From Eledone cirrhosa (Eukaryota), in NCBI GenBank assembly GCA_964016885.1, contig OZ024741.1:387686001-387750000 (forward strand): 64,000 nucleotides of DNA. The letters run 5' to 3'. The notes under the pieces were generated by a model that saw only the letters and a list, made by a program, of their open reading frames with translations, ran no database searches and was not told the origin of the DNA. The translations under genes and the position numbers were made by a program. Positions 14,001 through 29,000 of this stretch are shown one piece after another; the first letter of the stretch is position 1, and each line of letters starts with the position of its first letter.

Positions 14001-17000
14001 GTTGGCTCTCAGAAAACAAGGTGTAGAGTGGCTTATGAGAACAGTACAGGTCATTTACAGAGGGGCCACCAGAAAAGTTACAATCAACAGTGAATACAGT
14101 GAGGAATTCAGCATACAGGAGGGGATTCATCAGGGTTCCGTCTTTAGCCACCCCCTCTTCATTAGTGTCCTACAGGCTATGGTTGCACTTGGGAGGTACT
14201 ATACGCTGACAACCTGATTTTCTTAGCCGATTCTATGACAGAATTAGAGATGAAATTTCAGACATGGTGACACAACTCGGAAATGAAAGGCCTCAAAGTC
14301 AACGTGACTAAGACTAAAATCCTTGTGTGCCGAAAAAAAAACAGGGCTCTGATACCCTCCGGGAAATGGCCCTGCTCGGTATGCAGGAAAGGAGTAAGCA
14401 GAAATTCTATCCAGTGTCCCAAATGCAAACTGTGGCTATACAAGAGATGTAGTGGGAAAACAGGCAAGTTAGCAAAATACACGGACTTCATATGGGAACA
14501 CTGCACAGTGGTAGTAAGTAAAGACATTCAGGTAGCAGGCTCCTTCAATTGCACAGAAGATCCCATATAAATAATTGATAGCTTCTGCTATTTGGGTGAC
14601 CAAATCAGATGTGGAGGTGGTTGTGAAGAAAGCACAGTTGCCAGAGTAAGAACAGGATGGAAAAATTTCAGGGAGCTACTGCCACTGCTAATTACAAAAG
14701 GTCTCTCACTTAAGATAAAAGCTGTATGATGCCTGTGTGATGGAGCCACGCAACCCTACACCTCAAACACAGTCCACGGCAAGCTCACCCAGTAACTTAT
14801 GAGTAAGGCTTCACATGGCCAACTGGCCAAATGTCCCTTATAAACTATAATTTTGTTATGAGAAGAGTTGGCTTGATGGTTATGCTCTGAAATGGGTTCG
14901 GCACGTCTAACTGGTGTGTCCCTCATCATAGCCGTACCCCCCAGTTCCAAGCTCACAAACTGTGGTTCTGCTGTGAGAAGGGTTTAGTGTGGCCAAGTGG
15001 CCTTTACCTCCACATAGCAGTGCCATCCTATTCCACACTGTGGCTCTGCTGTGAGAAGGGTTTAGTATAGCCAACTGGCCTGTCCTTCCTCACAGCAGTG
15101 CCACACTGTATGTGGTTTTGGCACCCAAACTATAGTTCTGCTGTGAGGTTTCGGCATGGCCATTTGGCCTGTCTTTCCCCGTATCAATGCCATCCAGTAC
15201 CGGGCTGTAAACATAGTTGCTGAGTTCAGGCTCCTGAACTGTGGTTCTACTGTGAGATGGGTTTGGCGTGATCAGCTGTCCCATCCCTCCCCATTAGCGG
15301 CATCACCCAGTTCCAGGATCCCAGACTGTGCTTCTACTGTGAGAGGGGTTCGGCAGGGAAAACTGGCCTGTTGGCTTCTTCCTCCTTGTAGTGGTGCCAT
15401 CCAGTACTGGGCTCCAAAATTATGGTTCCGTTGTGAGATGGGTTCGGCGTGGCCAACTAGCCTGACCCTCCTCATAACAGTACCATCCAGTTCCACACTG
15501 CAAATGTGGTTGGTGTTACGGAGAGCATCCAGTGGTAAAACCCCCAGCCATATTTACAGTCATGTCGGAGCAAGGTACGGTGTGGCCAATTCTGGCTAGA
15601 CTTGTTTCCGGAAGTGGATCACCCATCTAACCTATGCAAGCATGGAAAATGGTGATCATGACGATATCATCATCATCATCATCATCATCGTTTAACGTCC
15701 GTGTTCCACGCTTGCATGGGTTTGGACGGAGGGTTTTCCCACTTGAGGCAAGAGTAGTTATCTTGCTCGCATAGGACTGTCTGGCGGGTTTTCTACAGTT
15801 GGATGCCCTTCCTAACACCAACCACATTTACAGTGTGGGTCTGGGAGGTTTTTACCGTGTTACCTACACGGCCACATTACAGCGTGAACTGTGTGTTTTT
15901 TTACGTGACACCTACACGATCTCATTTGTTTCGGCCTGGATGTTGTGGCACCAACATAACTTTACATTGAAGTGGATGGGGTGGGGGTGGTGGGACGGGG
16001 GTGTATTTTGTTAGAGATGCCTACTGGCTGGAGTAGGTTTAACTTTGTATTTAGGTAAGGCGGGTCTTCTCTATTACTGAGTACTGCCAAAGGTCTCGGT
16101 CCAGTGACATTGTCTTGGTGAGGTGTTAGTGTGTGAGGTCGGAATTTATCAAGTCGTCCCAGGTTTTTCTGGGTCTGCCTATTCCGTGACTACCGTCTAT
16201 CTTTATTGCCCTGCACTTTGTTATACAGCTATCGTCCTTCATGCGCATCACGTGACCATACCAACGTAGCCTTCTCTCGAGTAAACAACATCTGATCCCG
16301 CTTATTTCTAATATTTTCCTTAGTTCGTTTATGCTTTGCCGTTCACGTATATTACTATTACACATCCAGCGGAGCATGCAAGCTTCGTTTCTCTCTAGTC
16401 TGCGTATATCCTCTGCACACAATGCCCAGGTCTCACTGCCATGCAACATTGCTGTTCGTATGCAGGCATCGTACAACCTGCCTTTCATTTTTAGGGAGAA
16501 CCCTTTAGCGGCTAATAGCGGTATAAGCTCTCTGAACTTTTTCCATCCAGTTCTGACTCTAGTTACTGTACTTTCAGAGCACCCTCCCCACTGCTGATTT
16601 TGTCACCCAGGTATATATATGTATATGGTATGTGGTCTAGTAGTTGCAGTGTTGGGTTAACGATTACATGGTCATGTGTTCAATTCCCAGATTGGGCGAG
16701 ACATTGTGTTCTTGAGAAAGACACTTCACACTTGTTTACTCAACTGAAAATAAGTGAAGTACTAGCAGTCTCTGGGAGTGAGTTAACTTTGCTATAGACT
16801 GGCATCTCATCATGGAGGGAATCTTGCACCCTTAGTCACTTAATGCCCATGAAACAGGGATATGCTGTGGGTCTCCTTGAACCCAAGTAAAGCATGGAAA
16901 AACTGTTTTCATCATCATCATTTCCCTCCTGTTTTTCCATACTTGCCTGGTGGGATGAGTCTTTCCCAAAACAGCATCCCTCCACTTGTTGCATTCCTTC

Positions 17001-20000
17001 ATCATCTCTTTTGCGAGACTTAGTGATTTGAAGATTAGCTCTTACCAGATCTGCCCAGGTCTTCCTTCGTCTACCTCTACTGTAACTTCCTTCTACTAGG
17101 ATTTCTTGATAAAACAATAATTCTAACTCATCCTTTTCAGATTGAATGGTTACTGCGAGATGAGATTGCCTGTGCTCTACGTTACGTTTTCCCTATCACA
17201 GAGGACAAGCTTCAGAATGTCACTGAGCATGTGCAGGAATCCGTGCAACTGGGCAAGTCATCTTGTTACATTGAAGAAGTATTTCCACAGTTTGTCTTTG
17301 GAAGTGACCAATGTTTAGATAGTTTTATTGAAGTAAGTTATTTCCTTTTGCTTCTCAATTAATATTTTTTTCTGATTAGCACACACCTTTCTCTCCAACC
17401 TCAACACTTGGCAAGTAACATGTTTTCTTTATTGTTTTTTTCTTTTTTTTTCTTTTATTGTTTTTTTTTTAAAAACATTTTTCTCATGCTTGTATGGGCC
17501 CGTCCCTGAGCTGATATTCCACTAAGAATAGACTGAACGACTGAGGGGACGTCTACAGAGCAACCAAATCTCACCCACCCCCACCAAAAGAAAATCATAT
17601 CCTACCATCTTAAAATAGAAAGACTTTGTCATCATTCTATATTTGATTTTCTATACTGGCATCCCCCTTTTTTTTTGTATTTCATATACAGAGGATATGC
17701 GACGGCTGGAGAGAAATGAAGCAAGTATGCTCCGTTGGATGTGCAATGTCAATGTGCATGAACGAGTTGAGAAAGAAACTGGGTATAAGAGGGATAAGTT
17801 GTGGTGTGCAGGAGAGAAGGCTGAGATGGTATGGACATGTGATGCGCATGGAGGATGACCGCTGGGTAAAGAAGTGCCAATAAATCCCAGAAGAGGAAGA
17901 TCACGAAAAACATGGGCGGAGGTGGTGAGAGCAGACCTCAGATCGCTGAAACTCACCGAGGAGATTACGAAGGACTGTGACAAATGGAGAGATGCTGTGC
18001 TGAATAGGACCCGTCCAACCCTTGCAAGCAGGGAAAAGCGGATGTAAAATGATGATGATGTATATAAGCCTAAATGTGGCAAATTGGCAGAGTCATAGAA
18101 TGCTTTACAGTATTTGTTCCGACTTTCTGCTCTCTGAGTTCAAATCCCACCAAGGTCAACTTTGCCTTTCATCCATTCAAGGTCGATAAAAAAAATACCA
18201 GTATAGTACTGGAGTCGATTCTTCCTCTATATCTCTTTCTCACTTCCTCTCTCTCACACTCTCCTTCCCTGGAAGAAGTCTGCTGTATTCAGACCTGGAG
18301 AGATGATGGGCTCTGCTAGGTTTAAAATGCTCTAGAAACACTTTATGCTACTGTAGTGCCCCTACGACTTTATCAGGAATTACGAGACAATGCGTATATA
18401 TAAGCATGTATATAATTTATTCAATATGTTCTTTAGTCTTTAACATCTGAGGTTTAATTTGGCTGCTATTTCTAGCAGGTTGAGTGATTGCATAGATTCT
18501 TATTGATTCTTATAGTTAGTTGTTGTTTAGCCCCAGGACAACCATAATCCATTATACTTGTGTACACATTGCTTTTTTTTTCTTCAAACACAGTATCTAT
18601 AGGATTACATTATCTAATGTGTCCTGAAGATTTTGTAGAATACTAGCAGATCAAAGAACCACTTAGAAACTCCTTTGTTTTAATTTGTGTATATATTCAA
18701 TGATACACACATAGGTGTATAAGTTACCAATATAGAATTATATATTAGTTAGTAAAAATCCTGAAATTCTACAGTTTGGCATTTTCACACAATTATTAAT
18801 AATAATAATAATGAAATTATTGTGTAAAGTGCTCAGGTGCACTACAACTCATCAAAGGTGTATGTATAGTACATAGAATAATACACAAATGTCAGGGAAG
18901 TACATGTGTGTATGTGTTAGCTGTAGTGTTGGCGGATCTCGGGAAGCATGGAAAGGAAGCTGTGACATGATCTCTGCTTAAAATACCCACAGCAAAGCTT
19001 TTGTATGCTTATTTTACATAAAATTATTGTATATTTTTCATATATGCTTTTATTAAATTATATATTGTATTGAATGAATATATGAGACCAGAAATTGTTC
19101 AATGTTATTATTTTGTAGGAACTGAAACGAGTCAGTATCAAGAATTACCGGTTAAAAAGAGAAGGGGCTTTCTTTTATTTGGTGCTGACTAGAGAAATGG
19201 CAGCCCACTATAACGCTATTAGCTCTGCTGTTAGGTCATTGGATGACGACTCAGAGACACCAGAAAAAACTACCAAAAAGTCCATAAGTGAGGAAAATAA
19301 GGGCAAGCTCCCTAGTTCCCAGAAGACCCTATCTCGGTAAGGCTATGTGTACTTTAGTTTGGGAAATGGTTTTTAAAGCTATTTTTCATCATAAAAGAAC
19401 TTTTTAATTTTTACAAAAAAATAAAAAGTCCTATTCATTTTTTTATTTATTTTGTGATCTAAAATTTTCACCACACCTCAACAACCTGGTCATTGACTTA
19501 ACTCTAGCAGCTGGGATGAAGGTGTGTGGCTTAATGGTTAGGGCACTGAGTTCATGATTATAATGTTTGTGGTCCCGATTCCTGGATTGGGCAATGCATT
19601 TGTGTCTTTGTACAAGAACCTTTATTTTACGTTGCTTCAGTATACTCAACTGTAAAAAATGAGTTGTACCTGTAATTTAAAGTGCCGGCCTTGTCACATA
19701 CAGTCATGCTGAATCTACCTGAGAATTATTTTAAGGGTGTTCTAAATAGACTCCTCTATTCTGTTTCAGATAGACACATTGTAATAAAGCAAGTATTTAA
19801 GACGTTGAGGGAGGAGACCAGGTGGTTAGGGTGACTGTGTCTTTTGTGGTCTTTCTCCACAAGTAACCCCCGGAAGTCTTCCCACTATTGGAGAATTTTC
19901 TTTTGTTTCTATTTTTTTGTTACATCCTATGTTTTTGTTTCTGATTTCTGACTAGTGTTTTACCATGCACTCAATTCATTATCACCTTTTTGATCTTCCA

Positions 20001-23000
20001 TGACAATCATTTACCATTTTATCCTAGGTTGCAATCTATTTTCTATGATAGCATTATAGCTATTTTGATTTGATTTGAAAAATTTTAGACAAACATATCA
20101 TCCTCATCCTCCTCTTCGCCCTTTTTGCTCTTTTTTGTTTTTCTTCTCTTCTCCTCAAACCACATTATTACCAAAGCTCAAATGAGATAAAACTTTGAAG
20201 TATTAAAAATGTTTTTTTTCCTGTAAACTTCATGTGTAGTGACTATAAATATTATGTGGCTGGTTCTTTAATCTCTTTTTTTTTTTATTTAGGGATTATC
20301 CCCAGGAATGGAGAGGAAGCCCAACCAAACTGACCGACAAACGAGAAGTCGTTGATGTTTCCATTCATCTAACCAATGAAAAGGGACAGAAAGAAGATTG
20401 TTGTTTGTCTCCTGAGCGTGTAGCACTGCTCAATAAAGTGGACACTCAGAGTTTACTAAGTGATTTTGATGAAGGGGTCTTGAAACGGTCATCCAGCTTT
20501 GGCGGGTATGTAAAATATTTTTAATATATGTATTTCAAAATTGTATTTTTCTTTCTTACCAGGAACCTTCAATGTCTTCCAATGTTAAACTAAATCATCT
20601 TTTTACTTATTTAAATGGCAATGACCAAAACAGTGACTCCCTCTATGGAGATTAGAGTGTTTAGTTATAACCATCTTTGTTTTGGGTTCATCATCTTCAT
20701 CATCATGGTTTAACATCTATTTTCCCCGTTAGCAAGAGTTGGATAGATCTTCACAGACTGAGTTAGTACTTAAGCAGGGCTATTGACCTCACAGATGGGG
20801 GCCTGCATCTCTCTTACATACTATCTTACACTGTACCTAGTACTAAGGAGGCGGTAATGTCTTTGACAAAGCTGATGGCTTCTGATTGTCATTTTTACAT
20901 CCGTTTTTCCATGCTTGCATGTGTTGGCTGGGTCCTTTTCAGCACATCTCTCCACTTGTCACATTCCCTCATCGTCTCCTCTGTGAAACTCAGCGATCTG
21001 AGATCAGCTCTCACTACCTCTGCTTAGGTCTTCCTTCGTTTACCTTTACTATAGCTTCCTACCACTGGGATTTCCTGGCACTTCTTCACCCAGCGTTCAT
21101 CATCCATACATATCACATGTCTATACCAATGCAGTCTTCTCTCTTGCACACCACTTTAGATTCCTCTAGAATCATATTTTTCTAAATCAAAATAACTTTT
21201 GATACCAAACTACCTGAAACTGTCCCTTGATCTATGTTACTTAGCTTTTTACTTTAATGTCTTTATATTTATCTAAAACTTTCCTTTTTAAGTTTATGTA
21301 AGAATCTGTTTTCATTTCCAAAAATCAGCTTGATAAAGTTAGTTATATTACAAAATCCATCTGAATTTTAAAATTATTTTCAAAATAGAGAATCATATTC
21401 TTGCATGGGGTCTACCCTTGGGTCTCCTGCCGGTTGGCTTTACCCATTAAATCTGTCCAGCAATTCTTTCCTAAGACATTCTAACCATATGTCCATATAT
21501 TCTCTCAATTGGAGATGGTTGTTTCTGACAGGACCTGCTGGAAGGAGTGTTTGAAGAGTCTGGCCCCATGGCCCTCCCAGGATTAAGTGAGCGAGAAGAA
21601 GAAAAACATAAGTAGTGTCTTTTACACTGATTCTTCCTGAGAATTATGCTAAGGGTACATGTGTCTGGAATAATCAGTCACTTACAATAAAAATAGACGG
21701 TAGCCACAGAGTAGGCAGACCCAGAAAAACCTGGGACGACTTGATAAATTCCGACCTCACACACTTACACCTCTCCAAGACAATGTCACTGGACCGAGAT
21801 CTTTGGCGCTACACAGTAATAGAGAAGACCTGCCTTACCTAAATACAAAGTGAAACCTACTACAGTCAGTAGGCATCTCTAACAAAATACACCCCGTCCC
21901 ACTACCCCCACCCCATCCACACCACCCCTTTCAATGTAAAGTTATGTTGGTACCACAACATCCAGCCCGAAACAAATGAGGTCGTGTAGGTGTCACGACA
22001 AAAAAACACACAGTCCACGCTGTAATGTGGCCGTGTAGGCAACACGGTAAAAACCTCCCAGTTCCACACTGTAAATGTGGTTGGTGTTAGGAAGGGCATC
22101 CAGCCGTAGAAAACCAGCCAGACAGTCCTATGCGAGCAAGACAACCACTCTTGCCTCAAGTGGGAAAACTCCCGTCCAAACCCATGCAAGCGTGGAATAT
22201 GGACGTTAAACGACGATGATGATGATTACACGTTAATACTACATGGACTGTAGCTTTATCATATAGTGTGTCATACAGAATCTCCCTGAGATGAAGGTAC
22301 ATGTGTCTATAGAATGCTCATTCACTTACATGTTAATTTAATGAGCAAGCCATTGCATTGAATGAACAACTAGATGACTTGTGTTCTAAACACCAGCTTC
22401 ATAATGAGAAAATTATTTTGATAAAAGTCTAAAGTTTGTCTCGAGCCTAGAGGCTTATCAAGCTGGTGCTTATCCTAGTTTCTGTGGCATTAAGTGACTG
22501 AGAGTACAAGACACCCCGTGGGACATGACGCAGTCCATTGCAGGGTTAAACCCCAGCTATTGCTGGTACTCATTTTCAGTTGAGTATACTGAAGCAATAT
22601 GAATTGATGAAGTGTTTTGCTCAAGAACACAACACAGAACTCAGTGCTGGGATTGAACCCACAACATTATGATCGTATGTCCAACATCCTTACTTCTATT
22701 CTCAACTATTTTCAAAATGATTTGATCATGAGCAGTGTTTTTATTAGAAATATGGTAATGAAAAGGTTAAGCCTCTCTAGTCTAGCTGATAATCATATCC
22801 AGTGTGTGTTGTGCCATTTTATTTTCATCAAGATTTAATTGAATAGTATTAATTTTCATAATTAACAAATGTGAGTCTAATTACATGGCATAAATGGTTG
22901 TTTTGTTTATTTCACCACAGCTTTGACGCAGAGGGTAGTCGACGAGCTCAATATCGGACTGTAGCAGGGTCAGATAAATATTTATCAACCATTGAATCTG

Positions 23001-26000
23001 CTTCAGCTACATCGACATCAGTTGCCATGACAACATCCATAGCTAAGCACTTAACTAATTCACCAGCAGCTCACCTAGCATCCAGAGCCAGACATTTTTC
23101 TGCTCCAACAGCTGCACAAAGAAACGCTATGGGTGCCTACAGTCAGCCTTCTACTATGCCTGCTACACCATCATGGATTTCTTCATGTGGTAGTTACACA
23201 GAAGAAGGTCAGACATTTTATATATTTTATTGTATGATATTTCTTCTCAATCTAATATTAGTCTATGTCTATATCTCACTTTAATTAACTCTTCTGAAAC
23301 TGTCTCTGATTCTATGATACAATACAATTTATTTTAAACTGTTCATATTTATTGAAAACCCTTCTATCATAATTTTATGTAAGAAAATTTAGTTATGCTC
23401 CAAACATCAACTTAATAATGAGAAAGTTAGTTATATCATTAAATCCTTCCAAATATAGTTCTTTCTCTGTACTTTTTCAGTATTTTTTTCTGCTAGCAAA
23501 AATAGTTTTATTTAAATTATCCTAATCAATTAAAATGAAAAAGATATTCTTTTTGTATGTTTTAGATCGAATAATAACAATATTCGATTTGTTTGCAAAC
23601 AAACAGCCTCATTACGATATGTTTTGTCAGTTGTTTCTCCCTGCCACTGCTAGAACAAAAGGATGATGATGGTCATCTAAAAAACATAGCGTAATGAAGC
23701 TGTTTGCTTGCAAACAAATCAAATATTATTATTATTTGAAATAAAACTCATAAATACATTTACGTAACCAATGTGTTAGAGCGAAAAACCAAATTCTAAT
23801 TTTGTTTTTAATTTTCAGCAAAGGCTGCCATAAAATCACTCGGTATGCAAATTAGGCTAATCAGCCAATGAATATTTTAGAGCAGGGGCGTGCAACAGGT
23901 GACCTGTGGGCCACAGTCTGGCCTGCCAGACCAGTCAGAGTGGCTTACGATTACCGTTTATAATTTTTACCTTGTATTCTTATTTAGAATTTTTTTCATA
24001 ACTGTAAAACAAATTTCTGTTAGTTGACCTATACTAAAGGGCTTCACTGATAGGGTTATGTGTGTCATAATTTCCCAGTTCCATGTTATGGAAAGAAGTT
24101 GTGGTTTTCATTAGACTACATATTTTTGACAGTGACTGGCCCTAATAGTTGTTCCAATGTTCAAAAGTGGCCCGTCAATGGAATATATTGCACACCCCTG
24201 CCTTAGAGAATACTTTATATTCTCAAGAGTTCTAATGAGTGACAGAGAAGAGAGATACACAATCTTGACAAAGGACAATAACCCAGAAACAATATTGTCG
24301 GTTGTTTCTTTGTGCCACTGCTGGAACAAAAGGATTATAATGGTGATCTAAAAAACATAGCGTAATGGGGCTGTTTGCTTGCACACAAATAGAATATTAT
24401 CATTATTTGAAATAAAACACAAATACATTTACATATCCGCTGTATTAGAGCGAAAAAGCAAATTCTAATTATTTTTTTCTTTTGCTCTCATTTCTTTGTA
24501 ATTAATATTTGAGGTAAAATATCCAACATATTCCATGACGATCCCAAGGAATGCGCAGAACTCATTGCTGAGTGCTATGCAAGTATTTTTACTGTTGAAA
24601 ACCAGAATGTACCATCTCCACCATCTCTAACATCAAATTCCATAACAACTATGGAATTTACACCTGCAATGTTGCGACGTCACCTTAAGAATAAGCGCAA
24701 CTATGCCTCCCCTGGTCTTGATGGTGTGACATACCTGCTTCTCAAACGTGGCGGGGATTTCCTTTTGCGCCAGCTTTCTTTTTTCTTTCAATACTGTCTC
24801 AGCAATGGTGCTACTCCAGAGCAGTGGAAAACTGCCAGTGTCATTCCCCTGTTCAAAAAGGGCAACCGCATGTCACCTGTCAACTATCGTCCAGTCAGTC
24901 TTACTAGCTGTATGGCCAAACTGATGGAATCCTGTGTCAGAGAAACACTTTGGAACTTCTGGAGCTCTCACAGCCTCATCCGGCCCTCACAGTTTGGATT
25001 TATCCCTAACTCCAGCTGCTGTGATCAGCTTATCGAGTTCCTTGAGGACATCACCCGGATCACTGACAGCGGCTCATGGGTGGATGTTGTTTACCTTGAC
25101 TTTGCTAAGGCTTTTAATTCTGTGCCACACAAAAGACTTATGGCAAAACTCTCTGCAATGGGTGTGAGGGATGATCTTTTCGACTGGCTGAAATCCTTCA
25201 TTCTCAGCCGAAAAGAAGTAGTCACAGTTCTAGGACAGCATTCTTCACCATATGAGATGTCATCTGGTGTACCACAGGGATCTGTTCTTGGTCCTCTTTT
25301 GTTTGTGGCATATATTAATGACATAGATGCCAACTTACAGAATGCCACGGTACTAAAATATGCAGATGACATCAAGCTGTACCTTGAAATCAAAAGGACT
25401 GATCCTGAAATTTACAACTCTTTCCTACAATCAGACCTGGACACAATGCAGCAATGGATCACAGACTGGCAACTGAAGCTGGCTGTGGACAAGTGTACCA
25501 CCATGCATTTTGGAAGGAAAAATCCAGCGTCCACATACTCCCTCCACAACACTGACATCAAAAAGTCCTCTTGTGAACGTGACCTGGGCATTACTGTCAG
25601 CAACGATTTGCGTTGGACAAAGCATGTCTCTAAGATTGTCAAGAAGGCCGAGGGTGTCTTGGCATCACTCAGCAAGACCTTTGTTAGCCGCTCTCCAGCC
25701 ATCTATTTAAAACTGTATACAGCTATGGTGCGACCACACTTGGAATTCGCATCATCAGTCTGGAACCCCTATCTTGCTTGGAACATTGACCTCCTGGAAA
25801 CTGTTCAGAGACGTGCAACCAAGCGCATACCCTCCATCAGACACCTACCATACTCTGAACGCCTTGCTTCCCTGGGCATGGATTCATTGAAGCTCCGACG
25901 TCTGGCAGTGGAGTTGGTGAATACCCACAAAGTTTTTAACCATCTCGCCAACTGCAACCCTGAGCGCCTATTTGATCTCCATGTATCTAACACACGTGGA

Positions 26001-29000
26001 CATGCCTACAAGATAAGAAAACAGCACAGCTCCCATGACTTTCGCAGACATTTTTTCACGCTCAGAGTTGCTGAAACATGGAACAAACTGCCTGCGTCAA
26101 TTGTTAGCTGCCGAGACACTGCATCCTTTAAGACACTCATGCTTCCCGAAATACGCCAAAACTACACCTGATGTGCCCCTTCCATACACATGCACACATG
26201 TGTGCACTGTTCATTTTACTGATGTTTGTGCATTGCCCTATGTACTGTACATGCACTTTTTTGATGGGTTGTGGTGCACCTGGGCACTGTGCACAATATT
26301 TCATTATTGTTATTGTTATTATATCATGACTCATACACTGTTTATTTTCCTGACATTTGTACATTATTCTATGTACTATACATGCACCTTTGATGAGTTG
26401 TAGTGCACCTGAGCACTGTACACAATAATTTCATTATTATTATTATAATGTTGTAAAACATAATTTTACAGCTGGTTATGAAGGGGACTCAAGCGACTCT
26501 AACAATGATGATGGAGCTTTCTTTAACGACACTGGTGGACAACGAGCCTCCATGCCAAACTTTTGGTTAATATTACGTGTTGAAGCTAAAAAAGTCACAA
26601 TATATTATCACTCCAGGTAAGTGGCAATACAGATTAATATTGAGTATTACATTTCAAATGTTAGTAGATTCTAATAATTTCTGGTGAAATAACCTTATCA
26701 CAAGGCTCGGCTGAAAAGTTCATAGGCTGACCAAGATACTCTCATAGAATGAGCAAATGAGGTTTATTTTTCAACATAGTCCCTGTAAAGAAGCAATGCA
26801 GTTATTAATAAGGAGAGTTGAAATTAATACATGCAAGATTCCACAGCTCTAGCATCACTCCTTCATAGTCAACCTATGAACTTTTCAGCTGACCTTCGTA
26901 AGGTCATGAGTTAGATTCCTGGTGGCACATTGTGTCCTTGAGCAAGACACTTTATTTCACATTCTTCAGTCTGCATAGTTGGCAAAACTGAATTGTACCT
27001 GTAATTCAAAGGACCAACGTTATATGTACTTCCCTGGCATTTGTGTATTATTCTATGTACTATATTGACGAGTTGTAGTGCACCTGAGCACTTTACACAA
27101 TAATTTCATTATTATTATTATTATATGCTGTGTCATCCTGAAGCACCCAAAGTAAGAACTATGTTAAGGATGCACATATTTGTGGAATGCTCAGCCACTT
27201 AGCATGTTAATTCCATGAGCAAGCTGTTTCATTATTCCTAAAACACCCACCACTCACCCTCAATGTTAAATAGTTTGTTTGGCGTTAAATGAGGTTTTAA
27301 GCTTGCCTAGGGGTGTATCATCATCAAATAACCTTATCATGAAAAACAAAAACAAAACAAAAGTAGAACAAACAAAACATTGGTACAGGCAGGGCCGGAT
27401 TTATTGGGGGGGGGGGGGATAATGTGATGAATGCCCTGGGCACCCCTTGTCAATCAGAGCCCCCTCCCCCTATCAGAACTGCTCAAACCTGAAATGCTCT
27501 GGGCACCCTAATGTCTAAATGTGACCCTGGGTACAGGCATAGCTGTGTTGAGGGGGTAACTTCACAACCACATAGTTTTGAGTTCATTCCCATGTTGCAA
27601 CTTAAGCAAGTGTCTTCTACTACAGTTTTAGGCTGAACAATGCTTTCTGAGTGAAATTTGGTAAACAAAACTGCAGAAGCCTTTGTATATATTATATATG
27701 TGTCTATGTTTACGTTTGTGTCTGTATCTGTGTCCCTTAACTTAGAAAAAGAGATTGATAAAACATCATTCAATGACTGCTTTCTCTGCTAGCAAGGTTT
27801 GGATGGGTCTACATAGACCAAATCAATACTGAAGCGGGGCTACTGACCTCCCAGACAAGCCAAAGTGTCTACATCCTGTTTACATATGGTCATACATTCT
27901 ATCAAATGCAGAGAAGTTGTGTCTTTTGACACAATTCAAGGTTCCTCTAAACCCCTTGTTTGGAAAATTTTCGACGGTTGGATGCTCTTCCTAACTCCAA
28001 CCACTTTACACCATAATAAAAAAAAAAAATTAGTACAGTTGAAAAAATGAGGATGGCAATGATGTTATACATAAGTAGTGAAATATTTTCCCTTTCATAT
28101 TGGTTTTGTAATTTCAGTCAATATTGCTGTTTTATTTTTATTTTCCATCTTATTAATTTTTTTCTCTCTCTTGTCTTACAGGAAATACAAAGATGTGTGT
28201 GTCAACCCGAATGTAAAGCAATTAGTGACCGATGTCAGTGAGATTGTCATGGATACCTGCAAGCGAGTCAACCAAGTCAGTTGAAATTTGGTTTTATTTA
28301 TACACTAATATCTGCAATTTTTGTTAGGTGAAGTCATGTCAGGCTTCAGCTTGCCACTGGTAGCATGTAACCCAGTACAACTGGCTTGATGAGGAGGGTA
28401 AGTGAAATCCCAGCAGCCCAAAAAACAAAAGGTGTTAAAATGGTGGATGAACTCCTCAGAGTCAATGGCCATTCACCCCAACTTTGGGTTAAATAGCCTC
28501 ACCAAACCACAATTGGCCAAGTATGGTGAGTACGGCTACACCTCTGACTTGACCAAAACCAAACAGAAAAGCAATGGAGGTCAACCAGGGAGGAGTTCCT
28601 CCAACAGGAGTGAGAAGGCCCTGGATTGGATTGGATATTTATTTTGCATTGAAAACCTTTTAGAAATTATTTACTGTTGAATGTGAAGGCATGTGGTTTA
28701 GTGGTTAGAGTGTTTGGCTCACAATCTTAAGGTAAATTGGTGGTAAATTGTCCTTGAGCAAGACACTTTATTTTACATTGCTCCAGTCCACATAGCTGGC
28801 AAAACTGAATTGTATCTGTAATTCAAAGGACCAACATTGTCATACACTGTGCCATGCTGAAGCACCCTAAGTAAGAACTATGTTAAGGATGCATATATTT
28901 GAGGAATGCTCAGCCACTTGGCGTGTTAATTTCATGAGCAAGCTGTTTCATTGTTGAAACAACTAGAACACTCTTCATTAAAACTGAGGGAGGTCCAAAA

